The notes beneath the pieces are model-generated. The model saw nothing but the letters and a program-made list of their open reading frames with translations, had not been told where the DNA came from and made no database searches. From the NCBI GenBank assembly GCA_951406725.2, contig OX597817.1, positions 67,766,001 to 67,830,000 on the forward strand: a stretch of 64,000 bases of DNA, read 5' to 3'. Shown piece by piece: positions 39,820-52,498 of this stretch. The translations under genes were made by a program, and so were the position numbers. Numbering within the stretch: position 1 is the stretch's first letter; each line of letters opens with the position of its first letter. The DNA is from Octopus vulgaris. Lineage: Eukaryota.

Positions 39820-40222
39820 TACTCTTTTTACTCTTTTAGTTGTTTCAGTCATTTGACTGCGGCCATGCTGGAGCACCGCCTTTAGTCGAGCAAATCGACC
39901 CCGGGACTTATTCTTTGTAAGCCCAGTACTTATTCTATCGATCTCTTTTGTCGAACCGCTAGGTGACGGGGACGTAAACACAACAGCATCGGTTGTCAAG
40001 CAATGCTAGAGGGACAAACACAGACACACAAACATATACACACACATACATACATACATACATATATACGACAGGCTTCTTTCAGTTTCCGTCTACCAAA
40101 TCCACATAAGGCTTTGGTCGGCCCGAGGCTATAGCAGAAGACACTTGCCCAAGATGCCACGCAGTGGGACTGAACCCAGAACCATGTGGTTGGTAGGCAA
40201 GCTACTTACCACACAGCCACTC
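39820..40222 (-). mobile_element. SINE family A, full length
   Basis: Near-consensus. Confidence 0.92.
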
Positions 40223-40789
40223 CTTTATTTATATTTCTTACAGGGTTTTAAATGTTGCCTTTGCATTTATTCCTTTCTCCTCCCAACTCCTATCTATTTT
40301 TTTTCTATCATTAGTTATCCACGTTTATTTCTTTTGCTTTCATTGGTTAACTCCGTACTGTTAAACCATTAAAACTTTCATACCATGGCTGCTAATGTTA
40401 TTTTATATACCTTCACCCACTCTCTTTACTTGAATAAATAAATAAATAAATAAATGAATAAATAAATAAAACTGTAAAAAAAACCTGTCCCCAGCCCCGC
40501 TGTTCCGAGCGTGAATAGGAAAGTGGCAGAAATGGAGTAAGCTATTAGGAGGAGAAGGAGGAGAGCTCTGGCCTTGAACTTTTTACTTGCTTCCCTCCAC
40601 CAGCTTTCACCAAATCTCTCTCGCCCTTTCAGGAACTATTGATTGATTTGGCGACAGGAATCTTCTTCAAACATATGAAAATTAACTTTTCTTGACACTT
40701 ATCTTTTCAGAATACAAACATTTCCGCAAATTCGAAAAGTGGTTTTTAAAGTTTTCGGACTTCCATGCCGCATGTTAAACTTAAACGCA

Positions 40790-40869
<80 letters not shown>

Positions 40870-41069
40870 TAGAGACGCATACACGCAGACATAAAATTAG
40901 ACACAAAAGCATACACATTTCTTATTTTGTATCATACATATTATTTTGTATAAACGATTCAGTTTGTTCTGTCTGCCTTCATAAACAAAAAAGTGCCTCC
41001 TCCCATGCCTACTTTTGTATCCCTACAAATTTTTCCATCCATCCATTTTCTCCGTACACTATTACTGGA

Positions 41070-41355
41070 AGATTCGTGAGAGTAGAGTTCTGAAGCACCT
41101 CCCCCAGCTGTCATTAAACCTTCTGGCTGTAACCAAATATGACCATGGATATCATCCACCCTTCTCGTTCACGGTCTTCTCCCTGGGTTTCCTGTAAAGC
41201 TGGCCCGGCTTGAAGAATACGTCTTATATCCTAATCATATGGCCGTTATACCGGAACCGTATCCTCTCAATGCGGAGAAGTAGCGGATCGACCTGAAGAA
41301 ACTTCCTGATCTCCGAGCTACGAACCCTTTCGAGTAACGCAACTCCAGAGATCAT
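41070..41355 (-). pseudogene. RTE/Expander-like LINE 3' fragment
   Basis: LERVRSSEIRKFLQVDPLLLRIER..R..GHMIR. Confidence 0.7.
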
Positions 41356-42129
41356 TAAAGTGGAGACGCGTGGCTTAGTGGTTAGGGTGTTGAACTCATG
41401 ATTGTAAGATTGTGATTTCGATTCCTTGACCGGGCGAGGCGTTGTATATACTTTCCGAAGATATAGTATGAACTAAAATCTAAAAGTATTAAGTGTGATT
41501 GTTTTGTAAAATAGTTTGTAACGTAAAATATTAGAGTATAGCTAGTGAAAAGATATTCTATAGTTTGTTAATGTTATTCTCAAAGCTAAATTATATCTTC
41601 ACAGATAAATACATTTTTCTATCTATTTGCTCTATTCTTTACCTTAGGTTTTTAACATGATAAATGTATTATAGACACCTCATACTTCTTTTTAAGTTTC
41701 AAATTTAGTTAACGGAGTTTCTTCTATAAAAACAATCGTGATTTTATTTATTTATGAAATATTGTTTAATTCTATTTGATTATTTAATTATTATTGTTAC
41801 TATTGCTGACCTGAGGAGTGACTATACTTTTAAACTGAATTGTGTTTCGATTAAATTTAAATTTAATTGTAATTCGAATAGAAGTTATAGCCACGAAACG
41901 TACGTAGTCTTTTTTGTACTTTTTGTGATCTAGTTTTATAATATATTTTATGTTTTTCTTTATGATTTGGTTTGTGTCTATCATTGTTTGAATTATATAA
42001 TAGTGGTTTTTCTCTAATTTATATATATTATATATTTATATTGTGAAATTTGAATGATTACTAAATTGAATTTTTCCCTGTATGTTTGGAGTTATACTCC
42101 CTATTATCATCATTATTATTATTATTATT

Positions 42130-43398
42130 CAGTAGTTTTATTTTTATAGCGTGCTTTCACTTCACTACCGAGCGCAGCTCTGTGTGCCTTGGGTATGTGC
42201 TGTGATTTGTTGTGATGCTCTGATGGTTATTGTATGGAAAGTGTTCTGCGTAGGATGTGTGCAGTGCCTAGTAGTGCAATTTTCTGTATGTTATATGTGT
42301 TTGTAAGTCCTGGTGTTTTTGTTATGTATTTGTCTGAATATTTTTTATCATGCCTAATGCACCTACTATGATAGGAATTGTTTCTGTTTTCAGGTTCCAC
42401 ATTCTAGTTACCTCTATTTCCAGGTCTTTGTATTTTGAGAGTTTCTCCATTTCTTTTAGAGAAACGTTGTCATCTGCCGGTATTGATACATCAATTAGAA
42501 AGCATTTTTTTCTTCATGATCTCTGACAACTATATCTGGTCTGTTGGCCTTAATTTCTCTATCTGTGTGTATCGGCATATCCCAGAGTATGGTTGCTTTC
42601 TCGTTTTCTGTGACCTTTTCTGGTGTGTGCCTATACCATCTTTTTTCTGTTGTTATTCCATAATGTTGGCATAGCTTCCAATGTATGTAGGTTCCAACTC
42701 TGTCATGTCTGTGAATATATTCCTTCTTAGCCAGGACTGGGCAGCTAGAGATAATATGATTTATTGTTTCTTGTCCATCTCCACATATTCTGCAGTTACT
42801 TGTAATATTTCTTTTCATTACATGTTTTTGGTAATTTCTGGTGGGGAGGCTTTGGTCTTGTGCTGCAATTAAAAATCCCTCTGTTTCTGCTTTGAGTCCT
42901 GAGCTTCTCAACCATTGCTGGGATTTTTCTTTGTCTATTTCTTTTGCGTTTAGTTTAGTGCAGTATTTACCATGAAGGGGCTTTTCTTGCCATCGTTTTA
43001 TCATGGCTCGTTGCTGTTCTATTTTTAGTTTGGATTTCATTTGTTTTATAGCTTTTGTTGTTTCTTCATCATCTTCTTCTTCTTCTTTGTGTTTATTAGG
43101 TGGTATGATTTCTTGTTTGTATTTGTCAGCTTCCTTAAATACTGAGAACAGTTTTTTGTTTTGCTCGTGTTTTGCTGCTATCTGGATCAGTTTTCCTTCC
43201 TTCTGAAGTAGGTATTTTTGCAGTCCTATGGTGGTTATTTTATAGTAGTTTTCCAGCTGTATAAGGCCTCTACCACCTTCTATACGTTGTATATATAGTC
43301 TTTCTATGTCAGATTTTGGGTGATGCATCCTAGATCCAGTCAGTATTTTTCTTGTTTTCCTATCTATTTTGGACAGTTCATTTCGTGTCCAGTTAATG

Positions 43399-43400
<2 letters not shown>
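42130..43400 (-). mobile_element. Dong/R4-clade non-LTR retrotransposon, 5'-truncated, in (TAA)n
   Basis: CCHC knuckle CRICG..ETINHIISSC, RHD, RPDI..IDV restriction-like endonuclease, KYKDL; stop at 42227; one frameshift near 42505; (TAA)n at both ends. Confidence 0.93.
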
Positions 43401-43468
<68 letters not shown>

Positions 43469-44794
43469 TATATTATATTATATAATTCCAAGAGCTAGAG
43501 GTTGTGAATCCAACCAACTAAGGGATAATATCTATCCAATATACCGCTGGTAGAATACCCAATTATTAATACCCAAGTTTTTTTTTCATTGCATGGCAAT
43601 TACACTACTGAATGTAATAAATGGGTGAGGGTAAAAAGTTGTTTTACCCTTAATTTATACAGCAATAAGAAAATGGAGGGGATCAAGAGGTGGTACTTAT
43701 CAACTTTTAGACATTATATCATATCTATTTATTTATTTAAAAAAAAACATTATAACAATACATATATATTTCAGTTTTCGTGTAATAAATCCAATCAAGG
43801 CATTGGTCGGCCTAGAATTATAATAGAAGACACTGGCCGTAGATGTCACTCAGTGTGATTGAAACCGGAACCATGTGGTTGGGATGCAAGCTTCTTACCA
43901 CACAGCCACACGCATAGGTTACACCAATAATTACTAATTATTAATCAATCTTCTTTTCTTCAATTTTTGTCAAGGTAACAGTAATCTACGCTGTCGAAAA
44001 CGTATCTCCAGAAAATTTCGATAAAAATACACATCTAATAAAGAACTATTAGAGAAATGATCCTAAAAAAATTCCACTCCCCCCACCTACCTACCTAATC
44101 GTAAACTACACCATCTAAAATGAATTTCTGGTAAATTTAATTCCAGGAATATACATCTCTAAGGTTTGAGTGTGCTAAGAAGCTTGCTTCCCAACCACAT
44201 GGTTCCAGGTTCAGTCCTATTGTATGGTACCTTTGGCAAATGTCTTTTACTATAGCCTCAGGCAGGCCAAAGCCTTGTAAGTGGATTTAGTAGACGGAAA
44301 CTGGAAGAAGACTGTCGTATATATATATGTGTGTGTGTGTGTGTGCGTGCCTGTGTTTGTGTTTATCCTACCACCACCGTTTGAAACGGGTGTTGGTGTG
44401 TTATGTCCCCGTAACTTAGTAGTTCGGCAAAGGGACCGATATCATAAGTTCTGGGGTCGATTTGTTAGACTGAAACCCTTCAAGGTGGTGCCCCAGTATG
44501 GCCGCAAACAAATAACTGAAACAAGTAAAAGAATAAGAAATAAAGAAAGTTATGGTGGGAATATCTCTGAAAGTTATACCCATACTCATATTTTATAGAA
44601 AACAGATTTCCATAAACATAAATCCTAAACAGATTTCTATGGCCAGGCATTTGGTGAACAATAGTGTCGTGATTCAGATATACGATTCCTATAGGCCATT
44701 TAGTAACTTAGAGGTTCGGCCAAAGAGATCGACAGAGTAACAGGCTTTAAAAAAATGCCCTGGGGTCAATATATTCGACAAAAATTTCAAGGTG

Positions 44795-45017
44795 TGTGTG
44801 CCTTGGGTATGTGCTGTGATTTGTTGTGATGCTCTGATGGTTATTGTATGGAAAGTGTTCCAACTCTGTCATGTCTGTGAATATATTCCTTCTTAGCCAG
44901 GACTGGGCAGCTAGAGATAATATGATTTATTGTTTCTTGTCCATCTCCACATATTCTGCAGTTACTTGTAATATTTCTTTTCATTACATGTTTTTGGTAA
45001 TTTCTGGTGGGGAGGCT
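44795..45017 (-). mobile_element. internally deleted Dong/R4 fragment inside a SINE tail
   Basis: Near-identical to 42181-42246 joined to 42691-42851. Confidence 0.88.
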
Positions 45018-45292
45018 ACAGATAACTGAAACAAGCACAAAAGATAAAAAAAAAATATGGGAACTGCCCACATCCTAAGAAAGACACTGGTAACTTTAAA
45101 ATCGCTGATTTTATTTAAACTCATTCAAAACTGAAATAATACAAATATAACTGAATCTTCGTTCTTAAATTCTGGTCTTCCTCCCCTACAATATTTCATC
45201 GCTAATCATAAATAGCACTCATAGTAAAATGTCCATCTTGCCGTTGCGGCTTGGAACAACTCGTATGAAACAATAACGTCAACAACAACAAT

Positions 45293-45538
45293 ATTTCTTT
45301 ACTACCCACAAGGGGCTAAACACAGAGGGGACAAACAAGGACAGACACAGGGGGGACAAACAAGGGATTAAGTCGATTACATCGACCCCAGTGCGTAACT
45401 GGTACTTAATTTATCGACCCCGAAAGGATGAAAGGCAAAATCGACCTCGGCGAAATTTGAACTCGGAACGTAACGACAGACGAAATACGGCTACGCATTT
45501 CGCCCGGCGTGCTTAACGTTTCTGCCAGCTCGCCACCG
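45293..45538 (-). mobile_element. SINE family C (Nin/Deu-domain-like)
   Basis: GAGGTCGA..TTGCCTTTCATCCTTTCGGGGTCGATAAA..AGTACCAG motif. Other copies near 4095-4308, 18390-18540, 36125-36290 and 58300-58890. Confidence 0.8.
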
Positions 45539-46670
45539 CCAACAGCAATAATAATAGTTTCGTGGCCTGCAATTTTAGGGGTGGAGTCTAAGTCGATTAC
45601 ATCGACCCCAGTGTTTTATAGATTCCGAAAGGAGAAAAGGATAAGTTGACAACAACGGAATTTGAACTCAAAACGTTAAACAGACGGAAGAAATGCCGTT
45701 GAGCATTTTGCTTGTTATTCTAATGAATCTGCCAGCTCACAGCCTTAATAATGATTTCTGATCTGGGCAAAGTGGAATCGAACATGGACCCTACTCGTTG
45801 AGAAGCGAATTGCATAACCACACATTTATACCAGGCAGGACAAACATAACATGCGCGCGCGCACACACACACACTCGAACGCCGTGAACACGTGACGAAC
45901 GACAACAAAGTATCTAAATACACACAAATTTTTCCATACTGTTAGCTTTGCCAGCACTAAAACAAACATTAAACATTTTAATTAAACACAAAATAAAACA
46001 CACATTGACTTTGATAGAGAATTGATGTAGACCTCGTCAAAGTACTGGAGTACTGAGTCTAAGTAACTAAATACACTTGTTGATTTGAGCACAAACGTGA
46101 GTCTGAGGTTAGGATGTTTGATTTCTCCCTGGGTTCGATCCAACTTCATAGCATCTTCGCTAATTTTTTTTTCTATTATATTCCCAGATTGAGAATGAAA
46201 TTTGATAGACGGAAACTACGTGGAATGCTGTTGTGTACATGTGTAGCCGCGCACGTGAATGTGTGTGAGTGTGTATACATACACACACATGACACACAGA
46301 AACACACATAAATAATTAAGTCCAGCTTGTCGGAATTTCGCACACGCCAGCAAATTTCTTATTTACATATAAGAAATGACAATTCTTAGTGAGTTATGAA
46401 CGATGCTTTCTGTGTCTGCAAATGAAGAAGCATAAAGACAGAGAAACATGTGTCCTGCACTTCGATTACATCGTTCGTAAGCCAGTTCGATGTATTTTCA
46501 TCCAGGAGAAATTCTCTTCCAAGGCAGTTTAATACCGAAGGTCTTTCTTTGACTGAGTGTACATATGCGTGTTAAACGTGACAGCTTTTACTTTTCGTCA
46601 TCACTTCTTCGTGCGCCTTTTACATACTCACACACATAGATACATACATACATGCAGACAGACAAGTATG

Positions 46671-46729
<59 letters not shown>

Positions 46730-46765
46730 AGCTGGTAAAATCGTTAGCCCGCCAGACAAAATGCT

Positions 46766-47120
46766 TTACTCTTTTACTTGTTTCAGTCATTTGACTGCGG
46801 CCATGCTGGAGCACCGCCTTTAGTCGAGCAAATCGACCCCAGGACTTATTCTTTGTAAGCCTAGTACTTATTCTATCGGTCTCTTTGCCGAACCGCTAAG
46901 TTACGGTGACGTAAACACACCAACATCGGTTGTTAAGCGATGTTGGGAGGACAAACACAGACACACAAACACACATATATATGTGTGTGTGTGTGTGTTT
47001 GTGTTTTTGTATTTGTCCCCCCCCCCAACATCGCTTGACAACCGATGCTGGTGTGTTTACGTCACCGTAACTTAGCGGTTCGGCAAAAGAGGTCGGTAGG
47101 ATAAGTACTAGGCCTACAAA

Positions 47121-47175
<55 letters not shown>

Positions 47176-47340
47176 TACGACGGGCTTCTTTCAGTCTCCG
47201 TCTACCAAATCCACTCACAAGGCTTTGGTCAACCCGAGGCAATAGTAAAAGACACTTGCCTAAAGTTCCACGCAGTGGGACTGAACCCGGAACCATGTGG
47301 TTGGTAAACAAGCTACTTACCACACAGCCACTGCTACGCC
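46766..47340 (-). mobile_element. SINE family A with internal inverted duplication
   Basis: 46995-47125 is the reverse complement of about 46846-46965. Confidence 0.88.
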
Positions 47341-48587
47341 TTTGCGGTATTTCTTATATCTTTATGTTCTGTGTTCAAATTGCGCCGGGTCGACTTTGTT
47401 TTTCGTAGTTTTGGGGTGGTTGAAAAATGTACTAATGATGTACTGGAGTCACTGCAATTGACTAACTCCCAAGCTCCCAAATTTCAGTCCTTGTGCTTAT
47501 ACTGTGTGTGTGTGTATCAGCAAGAAACTCGAAGAACCGGTGTTGTTTGAGCGATGTTTTACATCAAGTTACAGTTACAGACACACCCTTGTCATTCTTG
47601 GCGTCAGAAATGCAGGAGCACGAACGATTGCCATGCTGGAAAGTTGTAACCAATGATAACACCGTTGTTCACCAATCGCAAACAAAATCAAAATGAAAAT
47701 TTGGTGAAAATACATCAATCACCCCGTGAAAACTACCTTGAAAACTTAAATTATACATTTTTATTTCTCCTCCTGTCAAACAAGAAAGATCTTATCATAT
47801 TTATGGCTATTTACTAGTCCTTCCAGTCTCACTGTCCCCTTGACACACAGCCAATCTTACTAACTTGGTCATGCTCCCAAAATACGCTGAAGCTTATTAC
47901 TGCTAACTTTGACACCCTAATGACCTCTCCTCATAAGGCACTTGTTGAACCAGCTACTAACTAACCATTCTGATGCATTGGAGTAGGCAAAGCAATAATA
48001 AGACTCCATTTTAAGTTTGTCTACCAGTCTCTGCTGTCAATAAACAAGCCTCGCGTCACTGAGGGCTGGATCTTTGGAATCGCTTGTCACATTACTGTTT
48101 ACCACTAAATAATTTTTAAAATGTTTGTTTACTCCATTCACTCCAGTCTTTGTTTTAAATGTTGTTAATCTAATTCCAAAACCGTATAATTAGTCCGTTC
48201 ATTCCCTCTCTTTATTCTTACATTTCTTATCAATACGGTAAAGTCACAATATATGTTATATGGATTGTCGAAAATGAAATCATTCAAACATCTAGGGAAT
48301 TAGAGTAAGCAAGGGAGATAACTTTAAAAAGATCAGCCGAAACTTTTAGAACAGTTTAGATTTAATAGGGCTTCAAAAATGTTGAAAGCAACCGATATTA
48401 GTGGAAGACACTTTTCTAAAGAATTAGTATGACATAAACGCTAGCCTAACTATGTGGTTAAATGATCGGTTTACAATCACGTAATTTTGAGTTCAGTGCC
48501 ACTGCGCGGCACCCTGGGCAAAAAATGATTTACTTTAACCCCGGGCCGAGTGAATTTGGTAGACCGAAACTATGGGGAAGTTCGTCG

Positions 48588-48652
<65 letters not shown>

Positions 48653-49100
48653 GTGTATGTATATATGTATATATATATATGCGTATGTGTGATTTTATGT
48701 TTGACCCCACCACACCGTTTAACAACCGGCTTAGGTTTGTTTATGTTCCCGTAACTTAGTTCGGCCAAAGCCACTGATAGAATAAGTACCAGACTTTATT
48801 CCACCAAAACCCTTCAAGGCGGTGTTCCAGCATGGCCACATTCCGATAACTGAAAAAGATAAAAGTTAAAAGACAAATACAAAATGTTAATATCCAGACG
48901 TGCCAACCCTCAAAGATCAAAAGTCGTGAGAATTCGAACCTGGAACTAGAAAAAGTAGCGAGAAATGACAAAATGTAGTGAGATACTTTCAAATTTTCTA
49001 GCAGAGCCGGTTTTAGATTAAGCGCAATTGCAATTCAGTTTCATACAATATATACAGTAAACAATAAAATGTGGTCCTTAAGGATTTTTATTAACATTGG

Positions 49101-49154
<54 letters not shown>

Positions 49155-49298
49155 TAAAAAAAACAAATACTAGTCAGAAAATCTCTATAAGAGATGAAGG
49201 TAGTAGCTATACCGAGAAGTAATGTTTGCCATCATTTCAACATGGCTGTTCCGTACCTGCTGGAACGAACTACTGCTATCTCTAGCGGACAGGTTTCC

Positions 49299-49345
49299 CA
49301 CCACTGAGGATGGGCAAAAATAGCTCGAAACCGGACGGTCTGGTG
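49299..49345 (+). ncRNA. type I hammerhead ribozyme with long extended stem I (49261-49383)
   Basis: CACCA-CUGAGGA-U-GGGC(AAAAAUA)GCUC-GAA-ACC(GGAC)GGU-C-UGGUG; predicted cleavage after 49340. Confidence 0.88.
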
Positions 49346-49874
49346 ATTTGTCAAGTCGCCAGAAGATGGTAGTGTTCGCTCCAATGTTTACAAAATATTA
49401 GACTTACAAAAAATTGTTTTGAGTTTCGAGAGAGTTGAGAAATTGCTTTTGAGAGCGTGAGATCATGGGTAAAATCATAGACCTCGTGATAAGGTCGTGA
49501 GGCTTGGCAAATCTGTTGCTAAGTGTTGGCTAAAAATGTATAAGCAAGAGTGAAACAAGTGCGGCTTATCTCTATTTTCATAGTGTCTATATCTACTTTG
49601 CATATAACTGCATAGTACATTCCAGTGGTTCCCAACTCTTTTATTTAAATGAATTTTCCCTTAGACCCCTTATGTGAGATGTCAGTGTGTGTGTGTGTGT
49701 GTATACATACATACATATATATAGATTTATATTATATAGAGGGCATTACTATACATAAATGTCACACGCTAGGAGGGACTCTTAAAGTCAAAACTACCAA
49801 AATAAACAAACACATCGTACCGAGTGCGAGGAAATGTAACTCTCGAAGCAAGCCACTTAAAAACAGAATTCAGC

Positions 49875-49931
49875 TGCAAATCACGTTATTTCATAATTAG
49901 TGCAGAAATGCACTCTTTAATCATCAGCGCA
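49875..49931 (-). ncRNA. type I hammerhead ribozyme (decaying)
   Basis: UGCG-CUGAUGA-...AGUGCA(UUUC)UGCACU...-GAA-AUAACGUGAU-U-UGCA; mismatch at the base of stem II. Confidence 0.65.
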
Positions 49932-50040
49932 TGCATAATTCAAGATTTATAACGAATGAACAAAAATCAACATACCAGACGAACAACCAATGTATCCAGT
50001 GTAGCATATAGAAATGTTCACTCTTTATACATCTATGTAA

Positions 50041-50118
<78 letters not shown>

Positions 50119-50211
50119 ATGTATATATATATAGGGGAGAGTTCACGAAAAAAACAAAAGACGAAGACAGGTGGTGTACAAAACAAACAGATGCATTAGT
50201 ATTGAAAACGT

Positions 50212-50247
50212 CTTTTACGTTTCGAGCCTACGCTCGTCTACAGAAAG
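50212..50247 (-). ncRNA. minimal hammerhead, A6U variant, in a (TA)n-adjacent element (50133-50310)
   Basis: CUUU-CUGUAGA-C-GAGC(GUAG)GCUC-GAAACGUA-AAAG. Confidence 0.65.
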
Positions 50248-51849
50248 GGACACAGAAAAAAACAAGGAGAGAAAAAAATGTGTGTAGTGGCTAACGATCT
50301 ATCATGGCGAAAATTTTGAATTTAGTCCACGGAGTCCCACCACTACCTTTGCGGAGAACCAGGGATCTGCAGACACCAGGTTGGGAATCACTGGTATATT
50401 CTATTGAATAATCATCATATCAACAAAGAAGAAATCACTAGTTACTTGTAAAAAAAAGGAAGAGGAGGGTGAGGAGAGAAATGTTACTGTAGTCATCATT
50501 TCTTATAGTCAACGACTTTTATTTGTTTCAGCACTGGACTGGAGTCGTGCTGGGGCACCACCTTAAAGGGTTTCAGTAGAACAGATAGAGCCTAGGACAT
50601 ATTTTTTCAAGTTTGGTACTTATTCTGTTCTTGTCTTTTGCATAACATTCAGTGGTGTTGACAAATTCAAACATATGAATGCGATTAACATCATCAGCAT
50701 GCAAAACTGCACTAAAATGATATTTTTAGAAAATGATTTGGTGAAACCTTGAAAAACTTAAAGTGGTTGGAAGAAATTTAACAAAATTCCTGACACAAAG
50801 ACACACAGACACACACACATATGACAGATTTCCACATGGTGTCCGTCACCCAAATTCATTCACAAGGCATTGGTCAACCTCGAGGCTATAGCAGAAGACA
50901 TTTACCCAAGGTACCACACAATGAGACAGAACCCGAAACAATGTGGTCGCTTACTTTGAGCTTACGTGCATACGATCATCATCAGTGCAGCTGTCATTAA
51001 AATATTTTCTTAACGGGAAGCAAGGAACGCAGAAAACACAGATAATAAATAAAAGAATGGCATGGAACAACGAAAAGTACTTAACGTTCCACTTTGAGAG
51101 TTATCACCTTTCAACTGAAGAGCAGGAAATCCTAAGTAATTACGTCATTTGAATAATATAAAAACATGAAAACAAAAAAGCGAATGTGCGCTCGTGTGTG
51201 TTGTTTATGTCTGCCTGAATGGGTGTAAATTCCTGGTGGTATTTTCTCCATAAAAGAGAAAACTTCCGAGAAGAACGTAAGTGAAACCACGATCGATAAG
51301 ATTGGTTCAATATAACTGATCACGTGATCGTCTCTATGACAGATTTACTGACAGGAGGACTCCAACACTGATCTGTTAGAACATTCTTTCATTCTTTTAT
51401 ATACTTGTTTCATCATCATATATATATATATATATATATACATTGGCTGTGTGGTAAGAAGCTTGCTTCCCAACCTCATGGTTCTGAGTTCAGTCCCACT
51501 GCATGGCACCTTGGACAAGTGTCTTCTATTATAGCCTCTGGATTTGACAGAGAGAAACTGAAAGAAGCCCGTAGAATACATATAATCGTATATTTGTATG
51601 TGTGTGTGTATGTGTCCACCATCGCTTGTTTAGGTCCCAGTAACTTAGCGGTTCGACAAAAGGTACTGATAGAATAAGTACTACGCTTACAAAGAATAAG
51701 TCCTGGGGTTGATTTGTTCGATTAAAGGCGGTCCTCCAGCATGGCCGAAGTCAAATGAAACAAGTAAAAAAAATAGAAAAAAAAGAATATATATTAATTC
51801 ATTTATGTATATAAATACATACGTATATATAAGCATGTATCTTTGTTTT

Positions 51850-51915
<66 letters not shown>

Positions 51916-51970
51916 CATACATACATACATACATACATACATACATACATACATACATACACACACATAC

Positions 51971-52002
<32 letters not shown>

Positions 52003-52077
52003 GGAATATTTGAATATTTGAATATATATGGAAAAAAAGTCAAGATAGAAAATGCTAAAATAATTTTATAAAAAACA

Positions 52078-52119
52078 TTTCAGCACCGGTTTCAATCATC
52101 GAGATTTTTTCAACTGTAA
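52078..52119 (-). ncRNA. minimal hammerhead, U3-A8 core variant
   Basis: UUACAG-UUGAAAA-AAUC(UCGAU)GAUU-GAA-A(CCGG)U-G-CUGAAA; G at the cleavage position suggests an inactive copy. Confidence 0.55.
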
Positions 52120-52250
52120 CAATTAAATAATTAAATTTAGAAAAATTAAAAGAAAAGTTTTTTTAAAAGAATATTTGTATAGTGTTCAAATACAAGTGGC
52201 ATCTTCTTTGTTTCTGTCTGTCTCTGTCTCTCTTGTTTACTCTTGTCATA

Positions 52251-52338
<88 letters not shown>

Positions 52339-52461
52339 CATATATACTATATTTTACTTACAACTTGCAAGCTGGTTCATCTAGAAAATAGCGAAGTTGT
52401 TTCTAGAATCATTCAGATTTGAATGTAACACTGACTTCAAGAGACTTTAGCTCTTTGGCTG

Positions 52462-52498
<37 letters not shown>

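Larger units (their letters stand above)
49623..50393. mobile_element. hAT (Charlie-like) MITE hosting nested insertions
   Basis: TIR CAGTGGTTCCCAAC / GTTGGGAATCACTG; TSD GTACATTC / GTATATTC. Confidence 0.8.

Noticed and set aside
41446-42100. AT-rich segment possibly from a PLE N-terminus
   Set aside because: No recognisable motif in any frame.
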